A stretch of DNA of 63,685 nt, counting the filler, from Octopus bimaculoides (Eukaryota): assembly GCF_001194135.2 (NCBI RefSeq). It is 7 parts of 7 records of this genome, joined end to end, with 100 filler letters (N's around TTAATTAATTAA, not from the genome) between each part and the next. Parts side by side here need not be neighbours in the genome. Positions count along the whole stretch, not along the records: positions 43,527 to 57,621 come from NC_068984.1; positions 57,722 to 62,418 come from NC_068997.1; positions 62,519 to 63,685 come from NW_026386787.1; 4 more parts are not named here. One strand, given 5' to 3'. Both the position numbers and the translations under genes were made by a program. Shown here one piece after another: positions 52,990 to 63,685 of this stretch. The notes beneath the pieces are model-generated. The model did not search any database. It saw only the letters and a program-made list of their open reading frames with translations, and was not told where the DNA came from. The first letter of the stretch is position 1; each line of letters starts with the position of its first letter.

Positions 52990-55399
52990 CATGTTCGCAA
53001 ATAAATGTAACAGTTGAATATGGAGAACCGAAAGTCCTTAATAAAAGCATCAAAATTGAACATAGTCGTTTCATTTGCAGCCATGTNNNNNNNNNNNNNN
53101 NNNNNNNNNNNNNNNNNNNNNNNNNNNNNNNNNNNNNNNNNNNNNNNNNNNNNNNNNNNNNNNNNNNNNNNNNNNNNNNNNNNNNNNNNNNNNNNNNNNN
53201 NNNNNNNNNNNNNNNNNNNNNNNNNNNNNNNNNNNNNNNNNNNNNNNNNNNNNNNNNNNNNNNNNNNNNNNNNNNNNNNNNNNNNNNNNNNNNNNNNNNN
53301 NNNNNNNNNNNNNNNNNNNNNNNNNNNNNNNNNNNNNNNNNNNNNNNNNNNNNNNNNNNNNNNNNNNNNNNNNNNNNNNNNNNNNNNNNNNNNNNNNNNN
53401 NNNNNNNNNNNNNNNNNNNNNNNNNNNNNNNNNNNNNNNNNNNNNNNNNNNNNNNNNNNNNNNNNNNNNNNNNNNNNNNNNNNNNNNNNNNNNNNNNNNN
53501 NNNNNNNNNNNNNNNNNNNNNNNNNNNNNNNNNNNNNNNNNNNNNNNNNNNNNNNNNNNNNNNNNNNNNNNNNNNNNNNNNNNNNNNNNNNNNNNNNNNN
53601 NNNNNNNNNNNNNNNNNNNNNNNNNNNNNNNNNNNNNNNNNNNNNNNNNNNNNNNNNNNNNNNNNNNNNNNNNNNNNNNNNNNNNNNNNNNNNNNNNNNN
53701 NNNNNNNNNNNNNNNNNNNNNNNNNNNNNNNNNNNNNNNNNNNNNNNNNNNNNNNNNNNNNNNNNNNNNNNNNNNNNNNNNNNNNNNNNNNNNNNNNNNN
53801 NNNNNNNNNNNNNNNNNNNNNNNNNNNNNNNNNNNNNNNNNNNNNNNNNNNNNNNNNNNNNNNNNNNNNNNNNNNNNNNNNNNNNNNNNNNNNNNNNNNN
53901 NNNNNNNNNNNNNNNNNNNNNNNNNNNNNNNNNNNNNNNNNNNNNNNNNNNATATATATATATATACTTATATATACATATATCCATACATATATTCACA
54001 CATGCATACACACTCGCAAACACATAATGATTTACGAATTGATGTTTTGACAAATGAGAATATATTTTGTAGTATATCCTACATAAATAATAATTTTTTA
54101 CAATCTATTGCAGGTTTATATATCATACGTCTTCTGAGCAGCGGTCTGGTTACTTGAAATATATTATAAAAATACCCTTCTGCACCACACCTCCACGTCA
54201 TACCCCTTTTCATTTTATACAACACTTCGCATTTATCTCTTCATTTGTTTATTTTCGAATCGGTATTGTATAGTCGCGTCTAATATGGAAGTTTTCTTTC
54301 TTCACGATTATCATGCTTCGCTGAATGCATCAGGGTTACACCTATTCGTAATGTATCCATCTTTATATGGACCTGTAAAACACACAAATATATTCGCGTA
54401 TACACATCAGTGTTTCTCGATAAAAATAGCATAAAGGAGCTAGACAACCACTAGAGCTATCTATAAAAATATAATAAAAATCATTCTCCTATGAATAATA
54501 ACACTAAAAGAAAAAATACCCCCAAAGTCAACTATAATAAGNNNNNNNNNNNNNNNNNNNNNNNNNNNNNNNNNNNNNNNNNNNNNNNNNNNNNNNNNNN
54601 NNNNNNNNNNNNNNNNNNNNNNNNNNNNNNNNNNNNNNNNNNNNNNNNNNNNNNNNNNNNNNNNNNNNNNNNNNNNNNNNNNNNNNNNNNNNNNNNNNNN
54701 NNNNNNNNNNNNNNNNNNNNNNNNNNNNNNNNNNNNNNNNNNNNNNNNNNNNNNNNNNNNNNNNNNNNNNNNNNNNNNNNNNNNNNNNNNNNNNNNNNNN
54801 NNNNNNNNNNNNNNNNNNNNNNNNNNNNNNNNNNNNNNNNNNNNNNNNNNNNNNNNNNNNNNNNNNNNNNNNNNNNNNNNNNNNNNNNNNNNNNNNNNNN
54901 NNNNNNNNNNNNNNNNNNNNNNNNNNNNNNNNNNNNNNNNNNNNNNNNNNNNNNNNNNNNNNNNNNNNNNNNNNNNNNNNNNNNNNNNNNNNNNNNNNNN
55001 NNNNNNNNNNNNNNNNNNNNNNNNNNNNNNNNNNNNNNNNNNNNNNNNNNNNNNNNNNNNNNNNNNNNNNNNNNNNNNNNNNNNNNNNNNNNNNNNNNNN
55101 NNNNNNNNNNNNNNNNNNNNNNNNNNNNNNNNNNNNNNNNNNNNNNNNNNNNNNNNNNNNNNNNNNNNNNNNNNNNNNNNNNNNNNNNNNNNNNNNNNNN
55201 NNTCGATAATTATGCACTCGACTGAGCAATGCTTAGATGTGATGTTGCGAAGACCGACCATTTCCTGCCGTTGTCTTTCTTCCCAGTCTCTTTACATTTA
55301 TTTAATCAATAGCCATATTTTAATCATTTCATTTTCTTATAACCACATCCACTCTTTGCTGATGTTGCATTCGTTGCTTCATTGATAATAATAATAATG

Positions 55400-55451
<52 letters not shown>

Positions 55452-55476
55452 TAATAATAATAATAATAATAACAAC

Positions 55477-55593
55477 CCGTTCAAACTGTTTCTTTCGATA
55501 TTCTTCTAACATCTCCTCGTACTTGTTATACACAAACACGGCGCTACTATCACTTTGACCCTCCCCGACTGCCATACCGGAAACCAACATGAC
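55477..55593 (-). CDS. Candidate coding exon (VMLVSGMAVGEGQSDSSAVFVYNKYEEMLEEYRKKQFER)
   Basis: Acceptor tactttttcgttag, 117 nt open in phase 0, GC above background, amphipathic charged helix; donor GTTGTT is weak. No homology recognised. Confidence 0.3.
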
Positions 55594-56029
55594 CTAACGA
55601 AAAAGTATTCTTCGAGAGGAAAATAATTTACCATTTCTTAAGAATCGTCTTTATTATACGACGAGATGATGGAATTTTCTGTAAAATACTGTAAAGAATT
55701 TAATCCGGCGCTCTATCGTTTCTTACGATAAATATCGATAATCTATTATTTTTCGCACGCACATTTCTATAAATTCCGATTGGTTATTTAAAATCAACGT
55801 TGTCTCTAAATAATTGGTTAACTCTTTGGATTCAGTAGAGTAAAATATTGGCAATATGATATTTCATATATTCCAAGGTTAATAGTTACTGATGTCTTGC
55901 AAACAACTCGCACATGCAAGTGCTACCATTCGAAAACTCCGCATACCGGAAGCCAGCAAGTGTATGGGGTCATCAGGAGAGAATGCGCACCGTTTCGGGG
56001 CCTACCTCTCGACGGCAGCAATGCGCACC

Positions 56030-56336
56030 GGCTTGGTACTTATTCTGTCGGTCTCTCTGGCCGAACCCCTGGCTTACAGGGACGCAAATTAACCAACACC
56101 GGTTATCAGGTGGTGGAGGAACAAACATAGTCAAAAACACATACATACACACACACATATAAATATAAGACGGGCTTCTTTCAGTTTCCGTCTGCCAAAT
56201 CCCTCACATAGATTTGGTCGAACCGAGGCTATAGTAGAAGACACTTGCCCGAGGCACCATGCAGTAAGACTGAACCTGGAACCTTGTGGTTGGGAAGGAA
56301 ACTTCTTAACGCACAGCTACGCTTGTGCTCAACTCC
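56030..56336 (-). mobile_element. SINE family A
   Basis: GGTACTTATTCTGTCGGTCTC...GACGGGCTTCTTTCAGTTTCCGTC...GACACTTGCCCGAGGCACC. Confidence 0.85.
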
Positions 56337-56379
56337 GCTACATTATACATCATATATAAGGCGGCGAGCCAGCAGAATC

Positions 56380-56570
56380 GTTAGTACACCGGACGAAATG
56401 CGTAGCGGTATTTCGTCTGTCTTTATGTTCTGAGTTCAAATTCCGCCGAGGTCGACTTTGCCTTTCGTTCTTTCGGGGTCGATTAAATAAGTACCAGTTT
56501 CGCACTGGAGTCGTTGTAATCGACTTAGTCCCTTTTTCTGTCTTTGTTTGTCCCCTCTATGTTTAGCCCC
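56380..56570 (+). mobile_element. SINE family D
   Basis: GGCGGCGAGCCAGCAGAATCGTTAG...GTTCAAATTCCGCCGAGGTCGAC...TGTTTAGCCCC. Confidence 0.9.
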
Positions 56571-56779
56571 CATCATATATACACCGAAATTTCGATCTGA
56601 GGTAGTTTCAACTGCGTATATTTATTTAATTAAGGCTTGGCTAGATATCGCAAATATAAGTAAATGTTTTAGTTACTGACTTTTATATCAGAGCAATTAT
56701 TTTGTGCTTTGCCCACAACAGCAAAGGCTGAGCTTAAGTAATGAGCATTAACATCAATACTGCTCATGCAACAATGGTT

Positions 56780-56940
56780 TCAAATTGTGGAACAAGAACA
56801 GCGCTATCAGAGAAAGAGATAGCTCGATTACATCGATTCCAGTACTCTAAAGGTACTTACTTTATCGACCGCGAAACAATGAAAGGCGAATTCGAACTTG
56901 GCGGAATTTGAATGCAGAACATAATAAGTCGGACGGAATC
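56780..56940 (-). mobile_element. SINE family D, diverged
   Basis: CGATTACATCGATTCCAGTAC...TTTATCGACC...TTGGCGGAATTTGAATGCAGAAC. Confidence 0.7.
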
Positions 56941-57430
56941 CGTTTTCTTCGTATTAATATTCCGATACGTGTTTGTGTTGAATAAGTGCCCTAGTGTCGT
57001 TTGATATAAAAGTCTTGTGCATTTAGCTGACCTACATTAAATCAATTGTAGTGCGCGTTTGAATCTAAAGGTGGACAATCTTATACGGCTTTATTCGAGG
57101 TGATTCTTATACGGGTGTGTGAAAGGAACAAAGACAGTTAATCAGCAGAAACACGTGTCGGAATATAATATGAAGAAAATGCTTTAATAAATGAATTTTG
57201 AAGTTGTATCATTCTTCATTCTTCATTTTGATATCATTTTGATTATATATGCATATGCGTGTGTGTGTGCGCAGTGTATACACACATATACATATATATG
57301 GATATGCGTGTGTGTGTGTGCGTGTGTGTGTATACACACATATACATATATATGCATGTGTATGTATGCAAGTATGTAAATATTATATATATATACATAT
57401 AAACCCGTTGGAAAACAGATTATAGCAGCG

Positions 57431-57490
57431 ACTCCATCTAAGAATATCTGAAGAAGGAATTGTATTCCGAAATATCATCAGACTATGGAT
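57431..57490 (+). ncRNA. Minimal type I hammerhead ribozyme motif (PLE-type, palindromic stem III)
   Basis: CTGAAGA (57448-57454), A, GGAAT-TGT-ATTCC (perfect stem II), GAAA (57469-57472), T-A-T-C: ATAT palindrome, predicted AUC cleavage after 57476. Stem I is 2 bp plus a distal TCCAT/ATGGA pairing. Confidence 0.65.
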
Positions 57491-57771
57491 AACTAAATTA
57501 CAACAGGTATATAGTCCTTTTTTTTTGTATTATAGTGCATTGTTGTACCATTTAAAACTTCTTATTCTTTACAAACAAAACACAATGCTTCAAGCGAACT
57601 ACAATATTCTCATATATATATNNNNNNNNNNNNNNNNNNNNNNNNNNNNNNNNNNNNNNNNNNNNTTAATTAATTAANNNNNNNNNNNNNNNNNNNNNNN
57701 NNNNNNNNNNNNNNNNNNNNNATATATATATATATATATATATGTATATATCTATATATATACATGTAATA

Positions 57772-58060
57772 ATATTAGGGATAAAATCCAAAATGACAGG
57801 TAAAAACTCAATTAAAATCAATCAATTAAAAATTAAAATTAAATTAAGTTTCACAGTATAAAATATATATAGATATATAATTTTAAGGAAAAGAACCAAG
57901 GTTCATGAACTCATCGATGAAAATCCACTATCACAAATAGAAATATTAATAATTAAAAGCACAATAAATAATTATAATATAATACAAAGTAAATATCATA
58001 AGATAAAGATAATAAGGCCGACAGTAAGCGATCCAGCTTCCTAGGGCTAAATAGCAGCAG
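57772..58060. mobile_element. Probable PLE terminal fragment next to (TA)n
   Basis: TATTAGGGATAAAATCC start resembles the 26531 terminus; the minus strand holds an incomplete core CGATGA-GTTC-AT-GAAC. Confidence 0.4.
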
Positions 58061-58757
58061 TATGATTCCCTTATTGGAACTGTCACGTTAAGTTGACAGT
58101 ATACAACTGCTTTATAGTAACACTGCTACTTAAGTCGCCATGTGAGATTTATAATTAGATCATTTCTATTTTTTATATATATATTAGTTTTATCATAAAA
58201 TTTCCGCACACATTCCGTTTCTTATAAGATATTCAGGAAACTGAAGATGATAATATCACTTGATACTGCACAATGCTATTGAGTTTAAAATTGCGTTGTG
58301 CCAAACTGCCCTATAAACCACAACACTGTACCAGTATTTGAATATTTCCAATGAAACTTCGATACATTTTTGACAAGCATCGTTCGTACATTTAAAACCA
58401 CGTTTCTAATTTCTTCTGCATACATCATTATCTTCAACGAAACTCATTATTCAGAAACGGAAATTATGCCATCACCTCTGGAATTATTTATAGGGTTTAA
58501 ACTTCCAGCTGGATATAAAGTCTCTGCATCATTATGAAGGTGGGCGAAAACAATAAAGAATTGAAATCCGTTCTTTGTACTGATTCCGGATACAGGCCGA
58601 TGTTCGGAGCTTTCAGCGTTGGAATGCCGACTTCCTAATTGTCAATTTACTGGAGGTCATGAAGTAAAATGGCGATACGTATCGGCAGAAGTCAGTCGAA
58701 ATATGCATTTTATTTTGCAAGAATATCAAATGAAAATTCATGCTATACATACATAAT

Positions 58758-58796
<39 letters not shown>

Positions 58797-59375
58797 AGTG
58801 TGTGTAAGTATGTGTGCATATGTGTGTATTTATGTGTATGTACATGTGTATATATCTATTATATATATATAGAGTAGAGAGAGAATGAGAGAGAGACAGA
58901 GATAGATAGATAGATAGATATAGATATTCTCAAGTCAGATAACAAATGCAGACTGAAATATTGGGTAAGGTTGACGAAGGTGTGATCTAATAAAGCGAAT
59001 GAACAAATGAGACGGATTCGTCTTTGATATTGATGTTTGGCGGCGAAAAGCATTAAGAAATGAAAAGATGTAACAAGCAGATACTGGAGGACAATTCGTG
59101 TTTGTGAGAGTTTCAGTAAGACAAAGGAAGGAACGTAATGGATTCAACATTTAAAAAACATAAATAGATTCTGGTTAAAAAAATACACAAAAGAGCAAAC
59201 CGTAAGAAACGAGGAAACGAGCGGGAATGATGAAGCAATAAAACTGATTCTTTGATGGTGGTATAGATCAGTATATGAGGATGAACTTTTTTTAAAATTT
59301 TAAACGAGCTGTAAAATGCTTCTGAATTGGCGGGTTGGCGGCTGTAAGGGAGCAATTTACTGTTAGTCTCTTTAC

Positions 59376-60065
59376 TATGAAACACAGCCTGTATCTTCTG
59401 TTGGAATAAGACTTGCATTTGTCCAATAGTCTCTGTCTGACATCGTAGTTTGTAGCATTCCCTTTCAAAAAAACATATGTACACAACAACACCGCTTCGC
59501 AGGGGGAGCTATCAAAAGTGGAGCATCTCTACATTGGTCAGGGTTAACAATCCAATCGTTTACGCATATGGTGTCTATGTCTAACGACAGACTTGTGACT
59601 CATTGAGTGTACATATACATGTTAATAATAAGTGGGTTTGTGTGACTGTGTGTGTATATATTTATGCAACCTTCAGCATCGTCAACTGCCGAAATATATA
59701 ATTACCGCTGTAGAAAGACGATGTATCAATGTCTTCTAATTGAAATGCCGCGTTGTATTTAGTCCTCCCAAGTTGCTCAGGGAGATTGAGCTGGCTCTTG
59801 TCACAGTAAAAATAGTGAAGCATTGATTGCTCAGTTCGAGATCGGAAACCAGCAACGCTATTGTTTAAAATATATGTTATAAAGTATAGCAATAAGTGAA
59901 ATGATTAACCCTTCGTTTGGAATTGAAACCCTATCGCTGAATGTGTCCTGACATCCAACATTATAGTCTATTGTTTTCCGCTTGAAGCAAAATATTACAG
60001 ATGAATCAGTGTTTGGAAGCCTTCCGTCCAGCTTGGTAAAAAGTATTTTATGGACAACAAAGATA
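59376..60065 (-). CDS. Three phase-compatible candidate exons (60065-59910, 59857-59706, 59461-59376)
   Basis: AG/GT boundaries join in frame to give ...SIFVVHKILFTKLDG...IPNEG|VAGFRSRTEQSMLHYFYCDKSQLNLPEQLGRTKYNAAFQLEDIDTSSFYSG|NATNYDVRQRLLDKCKSYSNRRYRLCFI. The first intron is only 52 nt with a weak donor; no homology recognised. Confidence 0.27.
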
Positions 60066-60458
60066 CTAATGTTAAAAAACCTCAACAAAAGGGGAGGGGG
60101 GATGTTTCACAAATGAAAGACGAAAGAAAATGAAATAAAATCAAGCAAAACGTATTTTAGAATAAAACTAAAATGATGATAGAAACTGTGTGATGAAATA
60201 TGTTTGGTGTTTGGGGAATGGCAAAAGCAATGTCTGCTCCTCATACCTCATCAGCATTTTAGTGAATGGCGTAGGTGGAAGCATAAAGATCAATTTGATT
60301 CCAACAGAAATAGAAAATTCAATTTTATTGCGTCACTTAAAAGATTGCTTAATTCAAATATAGAGATCGTGGGGAAGAGACGGCGAGTGAAGATGAAAAG
60401 CAGAGAATGAGAGAAAGAGCGGGAGAGAAAGAAAGAGGGGAGAGAGAGAAAGAAGGGA

Positions 60459-60490
<32 letters not shown>

Positions 60491-60721
60491 GGGAGATGGA
60501 AAGAGAGGGAGAGAGAGTGCGCGTGTGTGTGCGTGTATATATTCAAGGTCACTATTTTTCGCTCACATATTTTACCTTTCACGAAGTTGCCTACAAATAT
60601 CAATACTAAACCGAAAAATAAACGAAAATTCGACAAAAACGTTTGTCTCAACGTGTTTAAATATCTCACTACTTAACAATATCAGCGACCAGTTATCCAT
60701 CATCTAATTTGCTTCGTACTT

Positions 60722-60752
<31 letters not shown>

Positions 60753-61379
60753 TCCTTTTTCAATGTCTTCCTTCTATTTATTGTATCTATTTTCATACTT
60801 TAAAACCTTCAAGTAACGTTTATTTATTTACTTTTAGCTTATAGTGTGTATTTTAACTTCAATAGCGCCGTTCCTCTTTTGGCTTCCATACTGCTGTTTC
60901 TGTGAAAGACAGCTGATAATAAAATACGTAATACGAGCCCTTCTTTTTTCTTTTTAAGAAATGGAAATTTTCAAAGAAAGAAAGAAAGAAAGAAAAAGAA
61001 GCAAAAGTTAAAAGAAAACGTTTAGCAGCACTTCTGCTTTCGTATATGTAACTGTTTTTCTTTAACATCAACTAAAGCAAAAACAGTGAGAAAATGTAAA
61101 TAATGAAATATAAAATTAATCAAAAAATATAAATAATGTAATGTAAATAGACATTTCATTTACACTTCCTTGCAAATATGTCTTGAAACTGACGGCGATA
61201 TAAGAGAAGTTCATATCATACATTACCAAAACAATTGTAGAAATATGCCCACTAAACTGTGCATATATGTATGTCTTGTTTAGAATATATTTTAATACAA
61301 TTGCATATCCGGAATACATTTGCGTATGCGGACTTGTTTTTCACAGACACATATAGACAGATACCACCCAGCCCTTTCC

Positions 61380-61465
61380 GTTTGTTTTCCTGTCTTGTCT
61401 TCTTTTCCGTTTGTTTTCCTGTCTTGTCTTCTTTTCCGTTTGTTTCCTGTCTTGTTTTCTGTCCG
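61380..61465. repeat. 29-bp tandem repeat, 3 copies
   Basis: GTTTGTTTTCCTGTCTTGTCTTCTTTTCC at 61380, 61409 and 61438. Confidence 0.95.
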
Positions 61466-61879
61466 CCACTACATTCCTCCATGGTACAGTTTAATTTGTG
61501 TATACAAATTTAATTTGTGATCCATGGGAAGAGCCATTTTAATGATGCGTCCTGCCCTACTCTTCGAAACACCTGTATTAGAATGGGGGTAGCTGATGAA
61601 GAAAAATGTTCTCTATGTGGCCTGTGTGTGTTCTGTACTCTGGTTATTATTATTTTTTTGTCTACGTTTTGTTTGCAATGTCCTGTACCCAGATATGCAC
61701 CTATATATACAGGTAGACGTAGGTATGCACATACCTGTACGTATATATGCATACAGTCATTTATTATTTGTTTTATATATATATATATATATTCACGCGA
61801 ATACGATATTTGTCAACTTAACTATGTAGATAACACAAGGCTGTCATGGTATCTGGTTGGCTATATTGCGGTTTCTTAT

Positions 61880-62260
61880 CTGCGTATATGGGCATGTTCC
61901 ACAGGAGTTCCACATGAGTTCCACATGAGTTCCACGTGACTATTCTCTGCTATTATCATTTGGCGTTGTTTTTTGTAGTCCTTCTGGGTCAGTTTTCAGC
62001 TTCCACTAATTGTATGTCTAATTGTCTCAGATGAGTTTTCACATAGTCTAGAGAAAGGTGATACTGATGTTTTATTAATGCTACATTTGGTTGGATTGGT
62101 TTGTGAAGCTTATTCTAAGGTAGCAAGAATCAGTTATGTCTCCTTCTTTCAGAAAGAAAGATAATATGTCTTCAAGATTCTTCATCAGTTTTATCCACTG
62201 TTTGTTGGAAAGCTCCTCGTGTAAGATTTCCTTTTCCCATTTGAACATCTCTCTATTAGT
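61880..62260 (-). mobile_element. L1/Tx1-like LINE ORF2 C-terminal remnant
   Basis: KWEKEILHEELSNKQWIKLMKNL resembles the KWE..L...is...W..i..n motif, and GTHVELMW...CP resembles GT..HMWW.CP of the C-terminal cysteine-rich region; an 11-bp tandem (61896-61937) disrupts the latter. Confidence 0.5.
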
Positions 62261-62418
62261 CCTCATATTGTACTCCTTGATTTCTTTTTCCCATTTGATC
62301 ATCTCTCTATTAGTCCTCATATTGTACTCCTTGATTTCTTTTTCCCATTTGATCATCTCTCTATTAGTCCTCATATTGTACTCCTTGATTTCTTTTTCCC
62401 ATTTGATCATCTCTCTAT
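62232..62418. repeat. 54-bp tandem repeat (~3.5 copies, cut by a join), in frame with the LINE remnant
   Basis: CCCAT at 62236, 62290, 62344 and 62398; minus strand reads (MIKWEKEIKEYNMRTNRE)n. Confidence 0.95.
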
Positions 62419-62975
62419 NNNNNNNNNNNNNNNNNNNNNNNNNNNNNNNNNNNNNNNNNNNNTTAATTAATTAANNNNNNNNNNNNNNNNNNNNNNNNNN
62501 NNNNNNNNNNNNNNNNNNGCAAATATTAGTTCATACCAAACGGTAGATTTCGATACTATATACATTCGAGGACTCATCTCCTTGCCTTTCCTAGAAATAT
62601 TATCGATGTGATTCCGAAGAGAAAATCAATAAATATGGTGGTAAATTCTGTAATATAAGAGGTTAACTTCCGGTAATCTAAGGTGCCATGTGGTTTCAAA
62701 TTCAGTTCTTTTAATTTCTCAAACGACGTTATTTATTTTGGAAAAGGATGGACATCAGATTGCTTCAATAGAAAGATCTTACGTAGAATAACAAAGAAAC
62801 CAATAGATGGAGTAGATAAAGAGATAAAGTATCGTAAATTCTACATGATACAAAGACATAGTTTCTCTCGTTATTACTACACTTCCATGTGACTTTCAAA
62901 TATATCAGTTTGATCTATTTGTTTGACGACGCTTTGCCGAAGCTTGTCATATGTATCCATTATGTGTGTGTGTGT

Positions 62976-63055
<80 letters not shown>

Positions 63056-63142
63056 AAGCATGTATATTTGGATATGTGTCTATTTCCGAGGAATATTAGT
63101 GGTGTGCCGAAAAGTTTAACTTAATTATTCGATAAATATATT

Positions 63143-63531
63143 TTCTTTTATCTTTTACTTGTTTCAGTCATTAGACTGCGGCCATGCTGGAGCATTTTAG
63201 TCGAACGAATCGATCCCAGTACTTTTTTTTAAATGTGGTACTTATTCTATCGAGTTATTTTGCCGAACCGCTAAATTAGGGGAACATAAGCACACCAACA
63301 CCAGTTGTCAAGCGGTGGTGGAGACAGACAGACACACAGACACAAAGGCACACACATAGATACATACATGACTGGCTTCTTTCAGTTTCCATCAAGCAAA
63401 TCTGCTCACAAAGCTTTGGTCGGCCCGAGGCTATAGTAGAAGACACTTGCCCAAGGTGCCACACAGTGGGACTGAAACTGGAACCATGTGCTTGGTAAGC
63501 AAGCTTCTTGCCACACATCCACGCCTGCGCC
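63143..63531 (-). mobile_element. SINE family A, full length
   Basis: Complete reverse complement from the tail CTTTTACTTGTTTCAGTCATTAGACTGCGGCC to the head ...CCACGCCTGCGCC. Confidence 0.92.
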
Positions 63532-63642
63532 TATATAGAAATCTATAAGGGCAAAATAATTCTAAGGGCCGTGTGATCGACCAAAACCCCTGAACGTGGT
63601 GCCACAGCATGACCATAATCCATTAAAAGACTAAAGAATAAA

Positions 63643-63685
63643 GCGCAGGAGTGGCTGTGTGGTAAGTAGCTTGCTTACCAACCAC
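63643..63685 (+). mobile_element. SINE family A head, cut by the window end
   Basis: GCGCAGGAGTGGCTGTGTGGTAAGTAGCTTGCTTACCAACCAC. Confidence 0.9.

Noticed and set aside
55740-55830. Two ATTGG (reverse CCAAT) boxes and an ETS-like CCGGAA as a promoter
   Set aside because: Short motifs expected by chance; no independent evidence of a transcription start.
55940-56030. GC-rich segment with minus-strand GAAAC and CTGATGA motifs and a 10-bp direct repeat (ATGCGCACCG)
   Set aside because: The motifs do not assemble into one complete hammerhead: stem II strands do not pair and the cores are degenerate.
61520-61625. GAAAC-ACCT-GTA plus CTGATGA (hammerhead) or a CIRMGVADEEKCSLCG zinc-knuckle-like peptide
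   Set aside because: Two competing weak interpretations, neither complete.

Overview
Repeat-saturated, AT-rich, gap-riddled eukaryotic DNA. The tRNA-derived SINE families, RTE LINE and dense (TA)n/(CA)n/(ATT)n/(ATC)n/(GTAT)n microsatellites look like an octopus (coleoid cephalopod) draft assembly; this is an inference from recall of those repeats. Six 100-base N gaps carry a TTAATTAATTAA linker, so contiguity across them is uncertain. I recognise no host gene: almost all ORFs in the track are microsatellite or N artefacts. A few phase-compatible minus-strand exon candidates are reported at low confidence. Recognisable content: more than 20 SINE copies, a degenerate RTE LINE (APE tail plus RT), a CR1/Jockey-group LINE remnant, an L1/Tx1-like C-terminal remnant, a Penelope-like GIY-YIG remnant, a 5'-truncated tRNA-Ser(UGA) and several minisatellites. 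The most interesting signals are in non-coding structure. They are a clean minimal hammerhead-ribozyme motif (57448-57476), a complex templated-insertion junction inside the RTE (24035-24144), a 28-bp hairpin minisatellite growing out of a hammerhead-like core (26957-27880), a ~150-bp-arm foldback (33780-34093), and serial SINE insertions sharing one triplicated target site (45368-45823). None is shown to be a new biological system; they are leads.
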